Shown: positions 1-13,730, numbered from the stretch's first letter. The stretch: DNA of 48,463 nt from a virus (IMGVR_UViG_3300005805_006269:1-48463), one strand, 5' to 3'. Program-made: numbers and translations. Notes: a model not told the origin generated them from the sequence alone.

Positions 1-941
1 TCAACATACTTTTCCCATACTTCTACTGCTGTCCATGTACCTGGTATAATCTTGTTATATTTTTCCCAATATGTTCCGGCACCGGCTCCGATGTCTAAAA
101 CATTATTGACTTTAAATCGTCTAGCGATATGTTTTACTTGATCTGTTATCCAGGCTTTTCCGCTGTTACTACTAGTTGGCATAATTGTCCTCGTTGAATA
201 CTTACTACATAATTTTGCTAGTACACTATTACTTGTTTTTAAATAATTATTATCTACTTTTATCAAATCTGGTTGCCATATAGTTTCCCATAGATGTATA
301 GTATAAGAATCTGCTAATAATTCTAGTTTACTGATATCATTTTCTAATACCCAAGTATCCCTCCAACCAAATGGCATAAATGAATTTCTAGGTTCCAGGC
401 GAACATTATATTCTTTTTTCTTTAATAATTCAACTGGTAAATTAACTCCGTGATACGCCCAGTGTTTATTTTCTAAATTATTACCAGTTTCTGTTAACCA
501 ATCTTGGATAAATGGATGATTTGGTCGACATAGAATTACTGCATTAGTTATACTTTCAGCCGACTCTAAAGTTTGATCGCCACTTTCTATACCTAGCACA
601 CATTCATTATTGAGTAATGGTGTTAAAGGTCTAAGACTGATAATATCTATATCTAAATATATACCGCCAACTTCAATAAGTTTTTGTAATCTTAATATAT
701 CGGCCTTATACTGATAACTTTCTAATTTTACCCCATTAAATTCTTCAGGTGGAGTTACTGGCACTAATTCAACTAAAGGCAGTATAGCATCCCATAATGG
801 ATTATCTACGGGTGCTTGACTATAATATAAAAATATTCGATCAGGTTGATGCACTTCGGCTGCACTACGCACAGCCAAATAATGTATAAATTCAAACTTT
901 GTAAAACCAAAAAATATAAAATGTATTATTCGAGGTATCAT
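1..941 (-). CDS. GT32/Och1-like (DxD) glycosyltransferase fused in frame to a class I SAM-dependent methyltransferase; truncated by the window edge
   Basis: Not in the ORF track because no stop lies in the window. Manual translation from ATG 941 (ATGA overlap with the upstream stop): MIPRIIHFIFFG...KADILRLQKLIEVGGIYLDIDII...NAVILCRPNHPF...HLWE. It continues without a stop into MPTSS...VLDIGAGAGTY (SAM motif I). Confidence 0.8.
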   Translation of the reverse strand, partial: MIPRIIHFIFFGFTKFEFIHYLAVRSAAEVHQPDRIFLYYSQAPVDNPLWDAILPLVELVPVTPPEEFNGVKLESYQYKADILRLQKLIEVGGIYLDIDIISLRPLTPLLNNECVLGIESGDQTLESAESITNAVILCRPNHPFIQDWLTETGNNLENKHWAYHGVNLPVELLKKKEYNVRLEPRNSFMPFGWRDTWVLENDISKLELLADSYTIHLWETIWQPDLIKVDNNYLKTSNSVLAKLCSKYSTRTIMPTSSNSGKAWITDQVKHIARRFKVNNVLDIGAGAGTYWEKYNKIIPGTWTAVEVWEKYV

Positions 942-1564
942 ACTTGATTGGCCCACCACAAGGGTCGCCAGGCTTGTTCCACTGTTAATTTTGAAAAACA
1001 ATTAATGTCGCTGCGTATATAAAATGCATTTACACCGCGACTTTCGCAGTATACTAAATCATAACCTAATCTGTTGGCTTGCTGAGTTAGACTTAATAAA
1101 CTAGCACCAAAATCTTTTGCCCATAACTGCCAGGAATAGCTATCGTTTCGGGGCATAATGTATTCTTCGCCTGGACCAAAACTGCCATTGTATTCTTGAA
1201 CAATAACTCTGGGTCGGTAATCCTGTAATGCTTCTCTTAGATGGTAGTCGTTGCCATCTACATCTATACTTAGTAGGTCAAACTGGTCAGGAATATTCAT
1301 TGATTCAAAGTTAACAACAATATTATCTGCTGTTAACCAAGTTTGTTTGTAATTTATATTTGCAGGTCTATTATCTGCAGGTAATCCGTCAAACCAATAA
1401 CAGTTCCATCCTTGTTCGGCTAATAATCTTGTGTTAGCTTCTAGGCCATCACCAACACCAAATTCTACTGCAATTTTATTGGTAGTGCCTATGTGTTTAA
1501 AAATGTTAGAGATTATACCGTCTTCGCCATTTTGCGAATACTGTTTGAATTCACACGATATCAT
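938..1564 (-). CDS. FkbM-like SAM-dependent methyltransferase
   Basis: YSQNGEDGII, VEFGVGDG, DLLSIDVDGNDY and GVNAFY motifs, typical of FkbM-type methyltransferases in glycan clusters. Confidence 0.75.
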   Translation of the reverse strand: MISCEFKQYSQNGEDGIISNIFKHIGTTNKIAVEFGVGDGLEANTRLLAEQGWNCYWFDGLPADNRPANINYKQTWLTADNIVVNFESMNIPDQFDLLSIDVDGNDYHLREALQDYRPRVIVQEYNGSFGPGEEYIMPRNDSYSWQLWAKDFGASLLSLTQQANRLGYDLVYCESRGVNAFYIRSDINCFSKLTVEQAWRPLWWANQV

Positions 1565-1597
1565 TAAGTAAAATTACTTGTTGTATTGAAATTAAAA

Positions 1598-4500
1598 CTA
1601 GACCGAACTACTGCGTCCTACTAAACCTTCTTGGGCATCGAACTCTACAAATATAGCATCAATCTTGTCATCAAACGAGCCCCCAGCATTACCACCTAGC
1701 AACAAAGTATCACCAAACCTGCTGACGCTGGAACAAACTTCATTGGCTGTGGTTCCCAATTGATATTTTTTCCATTCGCCGGTAGTAAAATTAAGTATAC
1801 CTAGTCCTAGATCCAAGAAACCAAAAGTCACTGCGTCGTCAGCAAATACACCTGCTGTGCTACATATAACAGCTATACGATCATTGCTCAGCAAGGCACT
1901 GGGTTTACCGTTTTGTTCTGATAGTTCTGAAGTAGTTGATCCTATCTGGTAAGAGTTACCCCAGGTATTAGTATTATAATCAAACTTAATAACACCAATA
2001 TCTTGACTGCCAAAGTTTACTGTTGCATTTCCTACATTTCCGTAAGTAAAATAAGTTATCGCAGCAGTATTGCTGCCAAGGTCATGTACATTAACTGCTA
2101 CATCATCTAATCCTGACCCTATGCTGAAATAACTGCTAGTTTCGGTATTCGTATTAAACATGCCCAAGAATATGTCATATCCGCCACTATTTACACCGCC
2201 TAGGTTGCCGGAGGTACGACCTACATAAGCTATATTACCGTTTGCTAACTCTGTTAACGCATAGGTTTCTTCGTCCTTTTCAGTTCCATTTTGATAAAAC
2301 TCTAATTCGCCAGTTGCGGGATCCAACTCAACTAAGAGATAATCATATACACCAGACAAACCGGCGTTTGTCATTGTTATGTCGCCTGAGGTTTGACCTA
2401 TAGCCCAGACTGTGCCATTACTATGTCGAATAACATCGTAAGCAAAAATGTTGCCGTCGTCAGCTGATCCATCACCTACAGTGGCAAATTGATAAAATCC
2501 TCCTATTGAGGTAGGATCTGACACATAGATCAAAGGGTTACATTTACCAGCTGCTTGAGAGCGATATTCCTCGCTGTTAAGATATTGCTGAAACTTGTCA
2601 AGATCAAAGTAAGCTATTATACCAGTAAACACTCCATTTGCACCAAATGCCCCGTCAAAATTTCTAGCTGTGTAGTCAGAATTTTCTATAAAGGGAGTAT
2701 ACGAAGTTGCGGTCATACCTCCAGCCGTGTCAGTAGGAGCTGTTACAGTATCCAATGTGGCTGTGCTGTTGGCAGTAGCCACTGTAGTCTTGTTGTAATA
2801 GTAAGGACTAGTACCTGTCGCTGTATTATTGTATACACCAGTGCCAAAACCAAATTTATCGTAACGGAAAAATATAGCATCTCGACTGTCTGAATGACTC
2901 TCACTCCATCCTACTGCAAGCACATTACGATGATAGTAATCCCAGGCGATGCCTACCCATTCTTCGTCCATGTCGTGACCAAACACATTTTTGTATTGAT
3001 TGGTGCCATCTGTTACTGACCAAGCAGTCATTAATCCTTCTTGCATACCCATTGTAGCAACATTACCAGCACTGGTAGTGCCTACTGCATATACTGTTCT
3101 TACAGCTTCAGTGAGTGGTGTACATATTACTCCTCGTAATTCACTACTTGAAACTTGCTTCTTCCAAGATTCAGTAATAGTGTAAACACCTGCATCCTCG
3201 TTGACATTATAATTGGCCACATACCCCACTGTGTCATCTTTGCCAACTATGGCATATTTTGCGTTGTCTTGATTAATATCCGGGCTTTGAGTAGTAGTAA
3301 TATCTTTAAGATCTACGTTGCCGGCAGTATTAATACCGCAGATCCACTGTACCATACGAGTAGGATCATCTAATTGACACATACCAAATCTACCATCTGA
3401 CGCTGCGTCGTTGCCAGCAAATAAAAATCTTCCGGCTGTAGTCTGGCCAAGGTCGGCTCGCACACGGTTTACTTTTAGACCGGTAACGCTATTTTGTTCG
3501 ACGATTGTGCCCGACGAATCAGTAATAAGAAATACAGTATCTGATTCGGTAACTATACTTAGAATCACACGAATATCACTACCATCTAAGATACAGGCCA
3601 CTGAAGTTGCAGTATTATTACTTGCGTTTCCGTAGGCTTTGGCCCAGAGCAAAGTGCCTGAAGTGTTCATTTTAAATAAAAGTGCATCTTTAAGGCCCTG
3701 CCCAACTTCTTCAGTGCTGCCGCAGAAATAAACGTTATCAGCAGAATCTACGGCCACACCTAAACCAATATCGCTAAAGCTAGTGTCGTCGCCCAATCTT
3801 TTCTGCCATATTAGGTTGTAGTTGCGATCATATTTTGCAATCATTAGCCAACCGGCATCGTGACTGCCTATTAGATATACATTTCCTTCTGAGTCAACGG
3901 CCATATCAGCCCATTCCATAGCACTACCGCCATCAGACAAATTACGACACCATCCGTGTATCCATATATCACCTTTTGGGACAACGGCACCTTTACAATA
4001 ACCGGTCATGTAAATACGGCGATTGGCAGCATCTTCCCAACAGCCTGTTAGATAATCGTCACCCGAAGTGCCAGCTGCAAGATGCACAGCCGAGCTTAAA
4101 TCTGCAGAATAAATGCTAACTAGGAAATCAGCCGACCCGGGTGAACCAAAGTTTCCTTCATTGTCTGTAACTTGTCCGCAAGCAAAACGCCTTCCGTCTT
4201 GTAGTGTAATTGAATGATAATAAAAATCATTACCCCCAAAACCCACCGATCGACGATTATACCATTGGTTGTTGGGCTGAGTATAATCAAATACTAGTGT
4301 GTCAGCTGCAATGGCCTTAGGCTCTATGTCGTTGACACGAGTATAGGTAGCTATACTAGGAGTATATTTTAAGTAACCTGCGGCTAATTTACCACGCTTA
4401 ACAAAACTATTGTTTGTGGCATCGTAATCTAAATGATTATAACCAGTAAAGGCATCGTCAAGATCAAAACTGTATAATCCAGGTCCTAAATAGGAACCGC

Positions 4501-5773
4501 CTCCTGATGCCGTACCTGATAATAAGGCATACCAACGGAAATCTTGTGAATTGAATTCAAATCCGTGTACACGAATGGGGTCAGCTGAATTGTTTGTGAG
4601 GAAACTACCTTGTGATGTCCAAGTAGTACCATCGTATTTCCAAAGATCTGTACCTCCTCCAGCAACATCAGTAAACAATGCATACAATGCTGTTGTGCCC
4701 AGGGTTGCACAGTAGCAGTCGGGTCTAGCAGTAGCACCCGATACCAATACCTGTCGAGTTAATGAACCACCGGCAATAGTGTCTAAGCTGTTGAAAGACC
4801 ATATCTCAAGGTCAAATCCTGATGTTGCATTGTTAAGTATTACAGGGAAATAAATTCGTGCGCCAAAACTAGCACCACAGGCAGCACGAAGAGGATATTG
4901 GCTTTGTTGATTTAGTGTGGGGTTGAAAAAGGGATCTGCAAGATCATATGTGCCCAGCGTAGTTTGAGCTCCAAAACTCTGTGCAGCAACAGTAAAGGTG
5001 CGTGTAAAAATGTCCCAGTTAGCACCATTGGCTGCTATATAAAAAGCATGAAAACGCTCGCCTATTCCTTTTAGAATTCCTCCGGGCATATAATTTTTAT
5101 TAGCAGCAGTAGGCAATGTTACATCGTTATGGCTGTTATGTGCTCCACCAATTGATGGTGTATGTACACGGCCTAATACGCTGGAATAGGTCACGCCGCC
5201 GGATTTCACCTGCGTAGTGATCATATAACCATATGCTTTGTCTGAGGGATTGATATAGCCGCCAGCACCTATAACTTGGCGACCATTTTCATAATTAGGA
5301 TAAAATGTAGGTGAGTGTGCGTGATACTGATAGTAATCCCAATTACTACCAGCTTCGGGCTCATAGGCTCTATCCCAGTAGAAGATGTCGTCGTCAGGTG
5401 CAGTACTTAGTGTTCCTAGATGTGCAAAGAAAAATGCATCATCTTCAACTTCATTAGTAATATCATTTACTCCAGAACCTACCCATTCTATACACCCACC
5501 ATGATACTTGACATTTGCACCGTCCCAAGACTCAGTGATCAAAGCAAATGTGCCATCTATGGTCAATGCACTAACACTACCAACTAAGGGTAACGCATTG
5601 CCCCAACGATAGATAGTGACATTGGTTCCTAGACTGGTATTGTTAGCGTTAACAGGAGTGTGGTAATACCAATAGCCTGTGGGGCTGATACCGTCTGTTA
5701 TAGGTATGTTAAGATAACTATTATTCAGAATAGTACTTAAATCAACATCACGCTGGCTGTTAGTAATGGCCAT
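1598..5773 (-). CDS. Large multi-beta-propeller protein (SBBP-like repeats), probable virion/receptor-binding protein
   Basis: 1391 aa, rich in G/S/T/Y/W/D. Repeated blade motifs such as DIGLGVAVDSADNVYFCG, MAVDSEGNVYLIG, GGYDIFLG and DDVAVNV. Lies in the fibre operon. Confidence 0.6.
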   Translation of the reverse strand: MAITNSQRDVDLSTILNNSYLNIPITDGISPTGYWYYHTPVNANNTSLGTNVTIYRWGNALPLVGSVSALTIDGTFALITESWDGANVKYHGGCIEWVGSGVNDITNEVEDDAFFFAHLGTLSTAPDDDIFYWDRAYEPEAGSNWDYYQYHAHSPTFYPNYENGRQVIGAGGYINPSDKAYGYMITTQVKSGGVTYSSVLGRVHTPSIGGAHNSHNDVTLPTAANKNYMPGGILKGIGERFHAFYIAANGANWDIFTRTFTVAAQSFGAQTTLGTYDLADPFFNPTLNQQSQYPLRAACGASFGARIYFPVILNNATSGFDLEIWSFNSLDTIAGGSLTRQVLVSGATARPDCYCATLGTTALYALFTDVAGGGTDLWKYDGTTWTSQGSFLTNNSADPIRVHGFEFNSQDFRWYALLSGTASGGGSYLGPGLYSFDLDDAFTGYNHLDYDATNNSFVKRGKLAAGYLKYTPSIATYTRVNDIEPKAIAADTLVFDYTQPNNQWYNRRSVGFGGNDFYYHSITLQDGRRFACGQVTDNEGNFGSPGSADFLVSIYSADLSSAVHLAAGTSGDDYLTGCWEDAANRRIYMTGYCKGAVVPKGDIWIHGWCRNLSDGGSAMEWADMAVDSEGNVYLIGSHDAGWLMIAKYDRNYNLIWQKRLGDDTSFSDIGLGVAVDSADNVYFCGSTEEVGQGLKDALLFKMNTSGTLLWAKAYGNASNNTATSVACILDGSDIRVILSIVTESDTVFLITDSSGTIVEQNSVTGLKVNRVRADLGQTTAGRFLFAGNDAASDGRFGMCQLDDPTRMVQWICGINTAGNVDLKDITTTQSPDINQDNAKYAIVGKDDTVGYVANYNVNEDAGVYTITESWKKQVSSSELRGVICTPLTEAVRTVYAVGTTSAGNVATMGMQEGLMTAWSVTDGTNQYKNVFGHDMDEEWVGIAWDYYHRNVLAVGWSESHSDSRDAIFFRYDKFGFGTGVYNNTATGTSPYYYNKTTVATANSTATLDTVTAPTDTAGGMTATSYTPFIENSDYTARNFDGAFGANGVFTGIIAYFDLDKFQQYLNSEEYRSQAAGKCNPLIYVSDPTSIGGFYQFATVGDGSADDGNIFAYDVIRHSNGTVWAIGQTSGDITMTNAGLSGVYDYLLVELDPATGELEFYQNGTEKDEETYALTELANGNIAYVGRTSGNLGGVNSGGYDIFLGMFNTNTETSSYFSIGSGLDDVAVNVHDLGSNTAAITYFTYGNVGNATVNFGSQDIGVIKFDYNTNTWGNSYQIGSTTSELSEQNGKPSALLSNDRIAVICSTAGVFADDAVTFGFLDLGLGILNFTTGEWKKYQLGTTANEVCSSVSRFGDTLLLGGNAGGSFDDKIDAIFVEFDAQEGLVGRSSSV

Positions 5774-5782
5774 TTATATTCC

Positions 5783-6154
5783 TTAGATTCCTGTGATAGG
5801 TATGCCAGGCCGGAATAGTAAGTCAGTACCGTTCAGTGCAAAACCTAAATAAAGTACACGCACAGAAGATGTTGGTGTAGGCGGTGTAGCAGTAATGTTA
5901 CCCGAGGTGGAAAGAAAATAACTTGATCCTGCAGCAAGTCCGGTAAATCCTGGAACTACACCGCTGGCATAATATACATTACCAGTCTTGATTAAAACTG
6001 AATTTAGTTGACTAACTGTATCTGTTTGTGCTGCGTCTGTAACTGTATTGGTTCCGTTAATTCTAACCACACGCTGATTAGTGCCACCAGAAAGATTAGG
6101 GACAGTAATGGCTATGTCGGAAACTATACTAGTAGTAGTTATAAATTGACTCAT
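5783..6154 (-). CDS. Small beta-rich virion/fibre-associated protein
   Basis: FTGLAAGSSYFLSTSGNITATPP...LGFAL motif, common in phage structural/fibre proteins; operon context. Confidence 0.5.
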   Translation of the reverse strand: MSQFITTTSIVSDIAITVPNLSGGTNQRVVRINGTNTVTDAAQTDTVSQLNSVLIKTGNVYYASGVVPGFTGLAAGSSYFLSTSGNITATPPTPTSSVRVLYLGFALNGTDLLFRPGIPITGI

Positions 6155-7098
6155 GATTGGTATCCCTGTCTAATAATTTCAAAATAAGAATTGGTAGTTA
6201 TGGAACCCGAGGCCAATGTATCACTAACCAGTATTTCAATATAGTCATTGGCCGCTAGTTCAAAGGTTTGTTTAATAGCTGCGGTATCGTTGGCAGCGAT
6301 TGAAGCAGAAGTTATAGTTGTAGATCCATTTTTACGCAGGGTCACGGTGTATGTTCCACCAGCAGAACCACTTTTTATAAAAGTATTAACAAGATAAAAC
6401 CCATTTACTTTTACTGTGAGTCTGCCTGCCGACCCTGCCGACCAATAGCTTTCTGCTAGGGCATTGGCATTGGTGTCCCAATCCACTCCTGCCCAGGAGA
6501 TAGCTGTGGCAGTGGCTGTTGTAGAGAATGCCGATGTGAGATTGGTTCGTACACCGCTGAAAGCTGCGTAAGGTGTTACCCCGGTACCGGTAGAATACCC
6601 AATTAATGTTAATTCAAGATAACTACCCGATGTAAGACTTCCGGCTGCGGTGTCTTCTTTGGCAAACACTTGAATATAATCTCCGGCATCAAAGAATTCT
6701 GTTTCGTTGTAGTCTGCAGCTTGGCTAGCACCAATTGTGCCTGTAACTATATCTGTGGTTCCGTTTTTTCTTACACGAATATCATAAGTCTGTCCAGCCG
6801 CGTCACTGAACAAGTTGGTATTTAAATTATAATATCCTGTTCTAAGTATATGGATCTTGGTAGGGTCGGATACAGACCAGTATAGATCAGTATCAAACGA
6901 TTCTAGGTCCCAGGACACAGCGGCTAAGGTAGCTGATAAAGCGTAATCTGCAGTAAATCCTACTTTGACCCCATCATATAATCTTTTTGTAGATCCAGTT
7001 ACAACATTCCAGGCCACACCATTAAATTGCCATACCGCTGAATTGTCATCGGTGTATGTCTGACCGTTAGTAGGAGTCGAAGGAAAGTTTAATGGCAT
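6151..7098 (-). CDS. Fibre-associated protein with tandem C1q/TNF-like jelly-roll domains
   Basis: N-terminal MPLNFPSTPTNGQTY...WQFNGVAW adaptor motif, then two internal repeats (KIHILRTGYY...RKNGTT...GDYIQV and RLTVKVNGFY...RKNGST...NDYIEI). Confidence 0.6.
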   Translation of the reverse strand: MPLNFPSTPTNGQTYTDDNSAVWQFNGVAWNVVTGSTKRLYDGVKVGFTADYALSATLAAVSWDLESFDTDLYWSVSDPTKIHILRTGYYNLNTNLFSDAAGQTYDIRVRKNGTTDIVTGTIGASQAADYNETEFFDAGDYIQVFAKEDTAAGSLTSGSYLELTLIGYSTGTGVTPYAAFSGVRTNLTSAFSTTATATAISWAGVDWDTNANALAESYWSAGSAGRLTVKVNGFYLVNTFIKSGSAGGTYTVTLRKNGSTTITSASIAANDTAAIKQTFELAANDYIEILVSDTLASGSITTNSYFEIIRQGYQS

Positions 7099-7105
7099 AA
7101 TCTAT

Positions 7106-11172
<4,067 letters not shown>

Positions 11173-11225
11173 TTAACTGTTGACCTTGCTGTATTGTTTT
11201 CTATGTGGCCCCGAGAGATTGCTTA

Positions 11226-12398
11226 TCATCTCGGTCTTGATTGAAAGTTTAAACGACTAAACTCATCTCTGTCAACAATTTTACTAGGACGATTGTTGAT
11301 AACTGTTACAAACCCTTCTGGTTTAACTTCTTTGCCACCAACATGGTGTCCGTAAGTAGTTTTCGAAGAAAGAACTTTATTCAATACGTTCTTTGCTTTT
11401 TGCAAATGTTGATGTACTGCTAAAGTAGCATTAAACAATTTAGATTTTTTACTAGATTGTTTAACCAATTCTTCACCGGTAGCAAGATGCCTTTGCTTTG
11501 CTGCTTCTCCTTTTACACCTGCTGCCTTCTTTTCATAATGGCGTTTTATGTGCGCATGATATCCTTCTAAAGATGGTGAAGTGCCATCTCTTACAGTACT
11601 ATTAATATAAGTTTTTAAATGATCTTGATGACCAGTTAGATGTTCATAGTTCTTATGCTGTCCGTGAGCCTCTAAAGCCATAGACATATGTTTTTTAAAC
11701 TCTTCTTGAGCTTTGTTGGAATAGGATAAACTCTTATGATCAACTTTAGGAGATATTAAATGTACATCTGGATGATCTTTGAAACCTGAAGTGTCAGCAT
11801 TGTATTCAGCTTTCATTGAATTAAGAGTAGGTCCTTTGTATGCAGTGTGAATAGCCACACCTATTTTAGCCTTATCAATTTTTTTGCCTTCTTCGTGGTT
11901 ATGTGGTATAGAATACGAGATTGTGTTAGGAGTAAAATGATGTTTACCACCTTCACTCCTTATATCTCCATCGTCCTTATTATACATAAAATCGCCCTGG
12001 AAGACACCTTCTTTTGGAGATACTTTAGGCAAATGTTGCAATGCTGCTTTTAGTTTTGAGACAAGACCAGGAGCATGCCCGTGGTTCTTTTCAACATCTT
12101 CGGGTGTATAGTTTAGCTTAGGTGTTGCATTGAAAGCAGACTTAGAAGCAACAAAGAACTTACCAGTCTCTGGGTGTGTGCCAAATACAATTGACGGAGA
12201 GCCATCTAACTTAAGACTAACACTTGCTTTAGATTTTCTACCAGCTATTAGTTCGTGTGTTTGATGTAAAGTGTCAAAGGCGTGATTGAATCCTTCTGCG
12301 CCAGCATTAATATGATGGTCTTCAGCATGCTCCAAGTGAGTTAATTTTTCTTCTGAAGCGCCCACAGAAGCTTCTTTAAGGAACGATGTAAATTTCAT
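11226..12398 (-). CDS. Putative internal head protein with ATP-dependent ligase/nucleotidyltransferase motifs (DUF6267-like)
   Basis: N-terminal MKFTSFLKE resembles the T4 capsid-targeting sequence; ligase-like motifs KLDGSP (I), FQGDF (III), EGFV (IV) and KIV (V). Confidence 0.6.
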   Translation of the reverse strand: MKFTSFLKEASVGASEEKLTHLEHAEDHHINAGAEGFNHAFDTLHQTHELIAGRKSKASVSLKLDGSPSIVFGTHPETGKFFVASKSAFNATPKLNYTPEDVEKNHGHAPGLVSKLKAALQHLPKVSPKEGVFQGDFMYNKDDGDIRSEGGKHHFTPNTISYSIPHNHEEGKKIDKAKIGVAIHTAYKGPTLNSMKAEYNADTSGFKDHPDVHLISPKVDHKSLSYSNKAQEEFKKHMSMALEAHGQHKNYEHLTGHQDHLKTYINSTVRDGTSPSLEGYHAHIKRHYEKKAAGVKGEAAKQRHLATGEELVKQSSKKSKLFNATLAVHQHLQKAKNVLNKVLSSKTTYGHHVGGKEVKPEGFVTVINNRPSKIVDRDEFSRLNFQSRPR

Positions 12399-12401
12399 CT
12401 T

Positions 12402-13211
12402 TTAGTTTACCCTAACACCAGGTGTTGGTTTACCAGACAACCTAAAGCTAGCCATTACATCTATCGATACAGGTTTATCTGGAGCGCTTAATCCTCTTGG
12501 CTGTATTCTAACTTCTAGTTGTGCTTTCAGATTGGAAAGAATAGGAATTGTAGTTACACCAAATCTTGTCAACAACTGTTGTTGCTCTTTTGGAAGCAAG
12601 ATACCAACCTCATCAACATACCAAACTTCATTACCAATCATCATTAAAAGCATACTATAATCAGCATCATTTCTGATTCCGCTTTTAAATTTTTTCTTAT
12701 AATGTTTTACTACACCAATACCAAGACTTGTATTGTCTATTTTAGCTATTTGATAGTTTTTTGTATTACTTGCAAAATTTATTAACTTCTGACGACGTTT
12801 TATTTTATCACTTTCAATTGTCATTGTGCCACTGTAAATTCTAGTTATTTTAGGATCAGCAAATTTTTTTAAATCAGCCAAAAGTCTTTTACCGTTTGTC
12901 ACAGCCTCTTGGGTACTATTCATTATTTCAATTAGTTCTTCTTTTTCTGGTGTTATATTAGGAGTACTGAACTTTGTACCATTAAAAATCCAATCTCGCA
13001 TTGAACCCATTTGTGCTTTAGCATCTGCTTTAAATTCAACCCAGACATCAATTTTTTTTGTGCCAATTTGAAATCTGAAACCAAAGTCCGGAAAGTCAGT
13101 AGCAAAGCCAGCAGGCTTAGCCCAAGCTTGATCAGGAGTAAGAGATAATTTTTTGAGCAGATTATTGTAAGCGGTTTTTTCTGCTTGCTCAGCATTAAAA
13201 CTTATAGCCAT
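12402..13211 (-). CDS. Putative PD-(D/E)xK nuclease-fold protein
   Basis: FPDFGF...VWVEFKAD matches PD...ExK; Lys-rich basic protein. Confidence 0.45.
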   Translation of the reverse strand: MAISFNAEQAEKTAYNNLLKKLSLTPDQAWAKPAGFATDFPDFGFRFQIGTKKIDVWVEFKADAKAQMGSMRDWIFNGTKFSTPNITPEKEELIEIMNSTQEAVTNGKRLLADLKKFADPKITRIYSGTMTIESDKIKRRQKLINFASNTKNYQIAKIDNTSLGIGVVKHYKKKFKSGIRNDADYSMLLMMIGNEVWYVDEVGILLPKEQQQLLTRFGVTTIPILSNLKAQLEVRIQPRGLSAPDKPVSIDVMASFRLSGKPTPGVRVN

Positions 13212-13237
13212 CTAAACGTCCGGTTGATTATTTTATA

Positions 13238-13244
13238 TATTTAG
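13238..13244 (-). promoter_or_regulatory. Late promoter (CTAAATA) heading the nuclease/internal-protein/fibre operon
   Basis: CTAAATA, a variant of the gp55 TATAAATA box known from cyanomyophages, lies between a terminator and ATG 13211. Confidence 0.6.
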
Positions 13245-13273
13245 TCTTGTGCCACAACGAAAAAAAAGACTAT

Positions 13274-13303
13274 AAAAAAACAAACCCCTCGAGTGAGGGG
13301 TTT
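13274..13303 (-). terminator. Rho-independent terminator
   Basis: AAACCCCTC-ACTC-GAGGGGTTT stem-loop followed by GTTTTTTT on the minus strand. Confidence 0.8.
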
Positions 13304-13372
13304 TAGGTACCGGTTACGAGTTCCGGTGACACTCTAGGAATAGGAGGAAGATGTGTCCGATTGTTTGGCTGC
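13282..13372 (-). ncRNA. Candidate structured 3'-UTR/small RNA with an anti-Shine-Dalgarno loop
   Basis: Three consecutive hairpins: GACAC..GTGTC enclosing UCCUCCUAUUCCU, ACCGG..CCGGT, and the terminator. Confidence 0.4.
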
Positions 13373-13618
13373 TTAGTTGAAAACTGAGCTACCAGCTGAA
13401 GCATAAGCTGCTGCAACCATACGGCGCGAAGGAGTACCAAGCCGATAAGCAGTACGACCTTCTTTTACATTGCTGTAAATTGCAAAACCACGAGCACGGA
13501 GCTCAGTAATGCGGGCAGAAACTGTACCTTCAGTAGTACGAAGCTGCTTAGCGATAGCTTTAGCAGAAAAGTTTTTGCCAGTGCTAAGCACATTCAGGAC
13601 TTTAGTTTGAATACTCAT
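13373..13618 (-). CDS. Small winged-helix HTH DNA-binding protein
   Basis: SAKAIAKQLRTTEGTVSARITELRARGFAIY...YRLG wHTH pattern; AAGGAG RBS. Confidence 0.75.
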   Translation of the reverse strand: MSIQTKVLNVLSTGKNFSAKAIAKQLRTTEGTVSARITELRARGFAIYSNVKEGRTAYRLGTPSRRMVAAAYASAGSSVFN

Positions 13619-13694
13619 AAAAAAACATCTCCTTTTTCAATGCCACTTACACTGATTAATTAAGCCGTGGCCCTCTTAATTAACCTTTGGAACA

Positions 13695-13726
13695 ATTATA
13701 ATACTATAGTATATAATATTAGTCAA
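13695..13726 (-). promoter_or_regulatory. sigma70-type promoter for the wHTH gene
   Basis: TTGACT-N17-TATTAT (an overlapping TATAAT also present). Confidence 0.6.
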
Positions 13727-13730
13727 CGAA

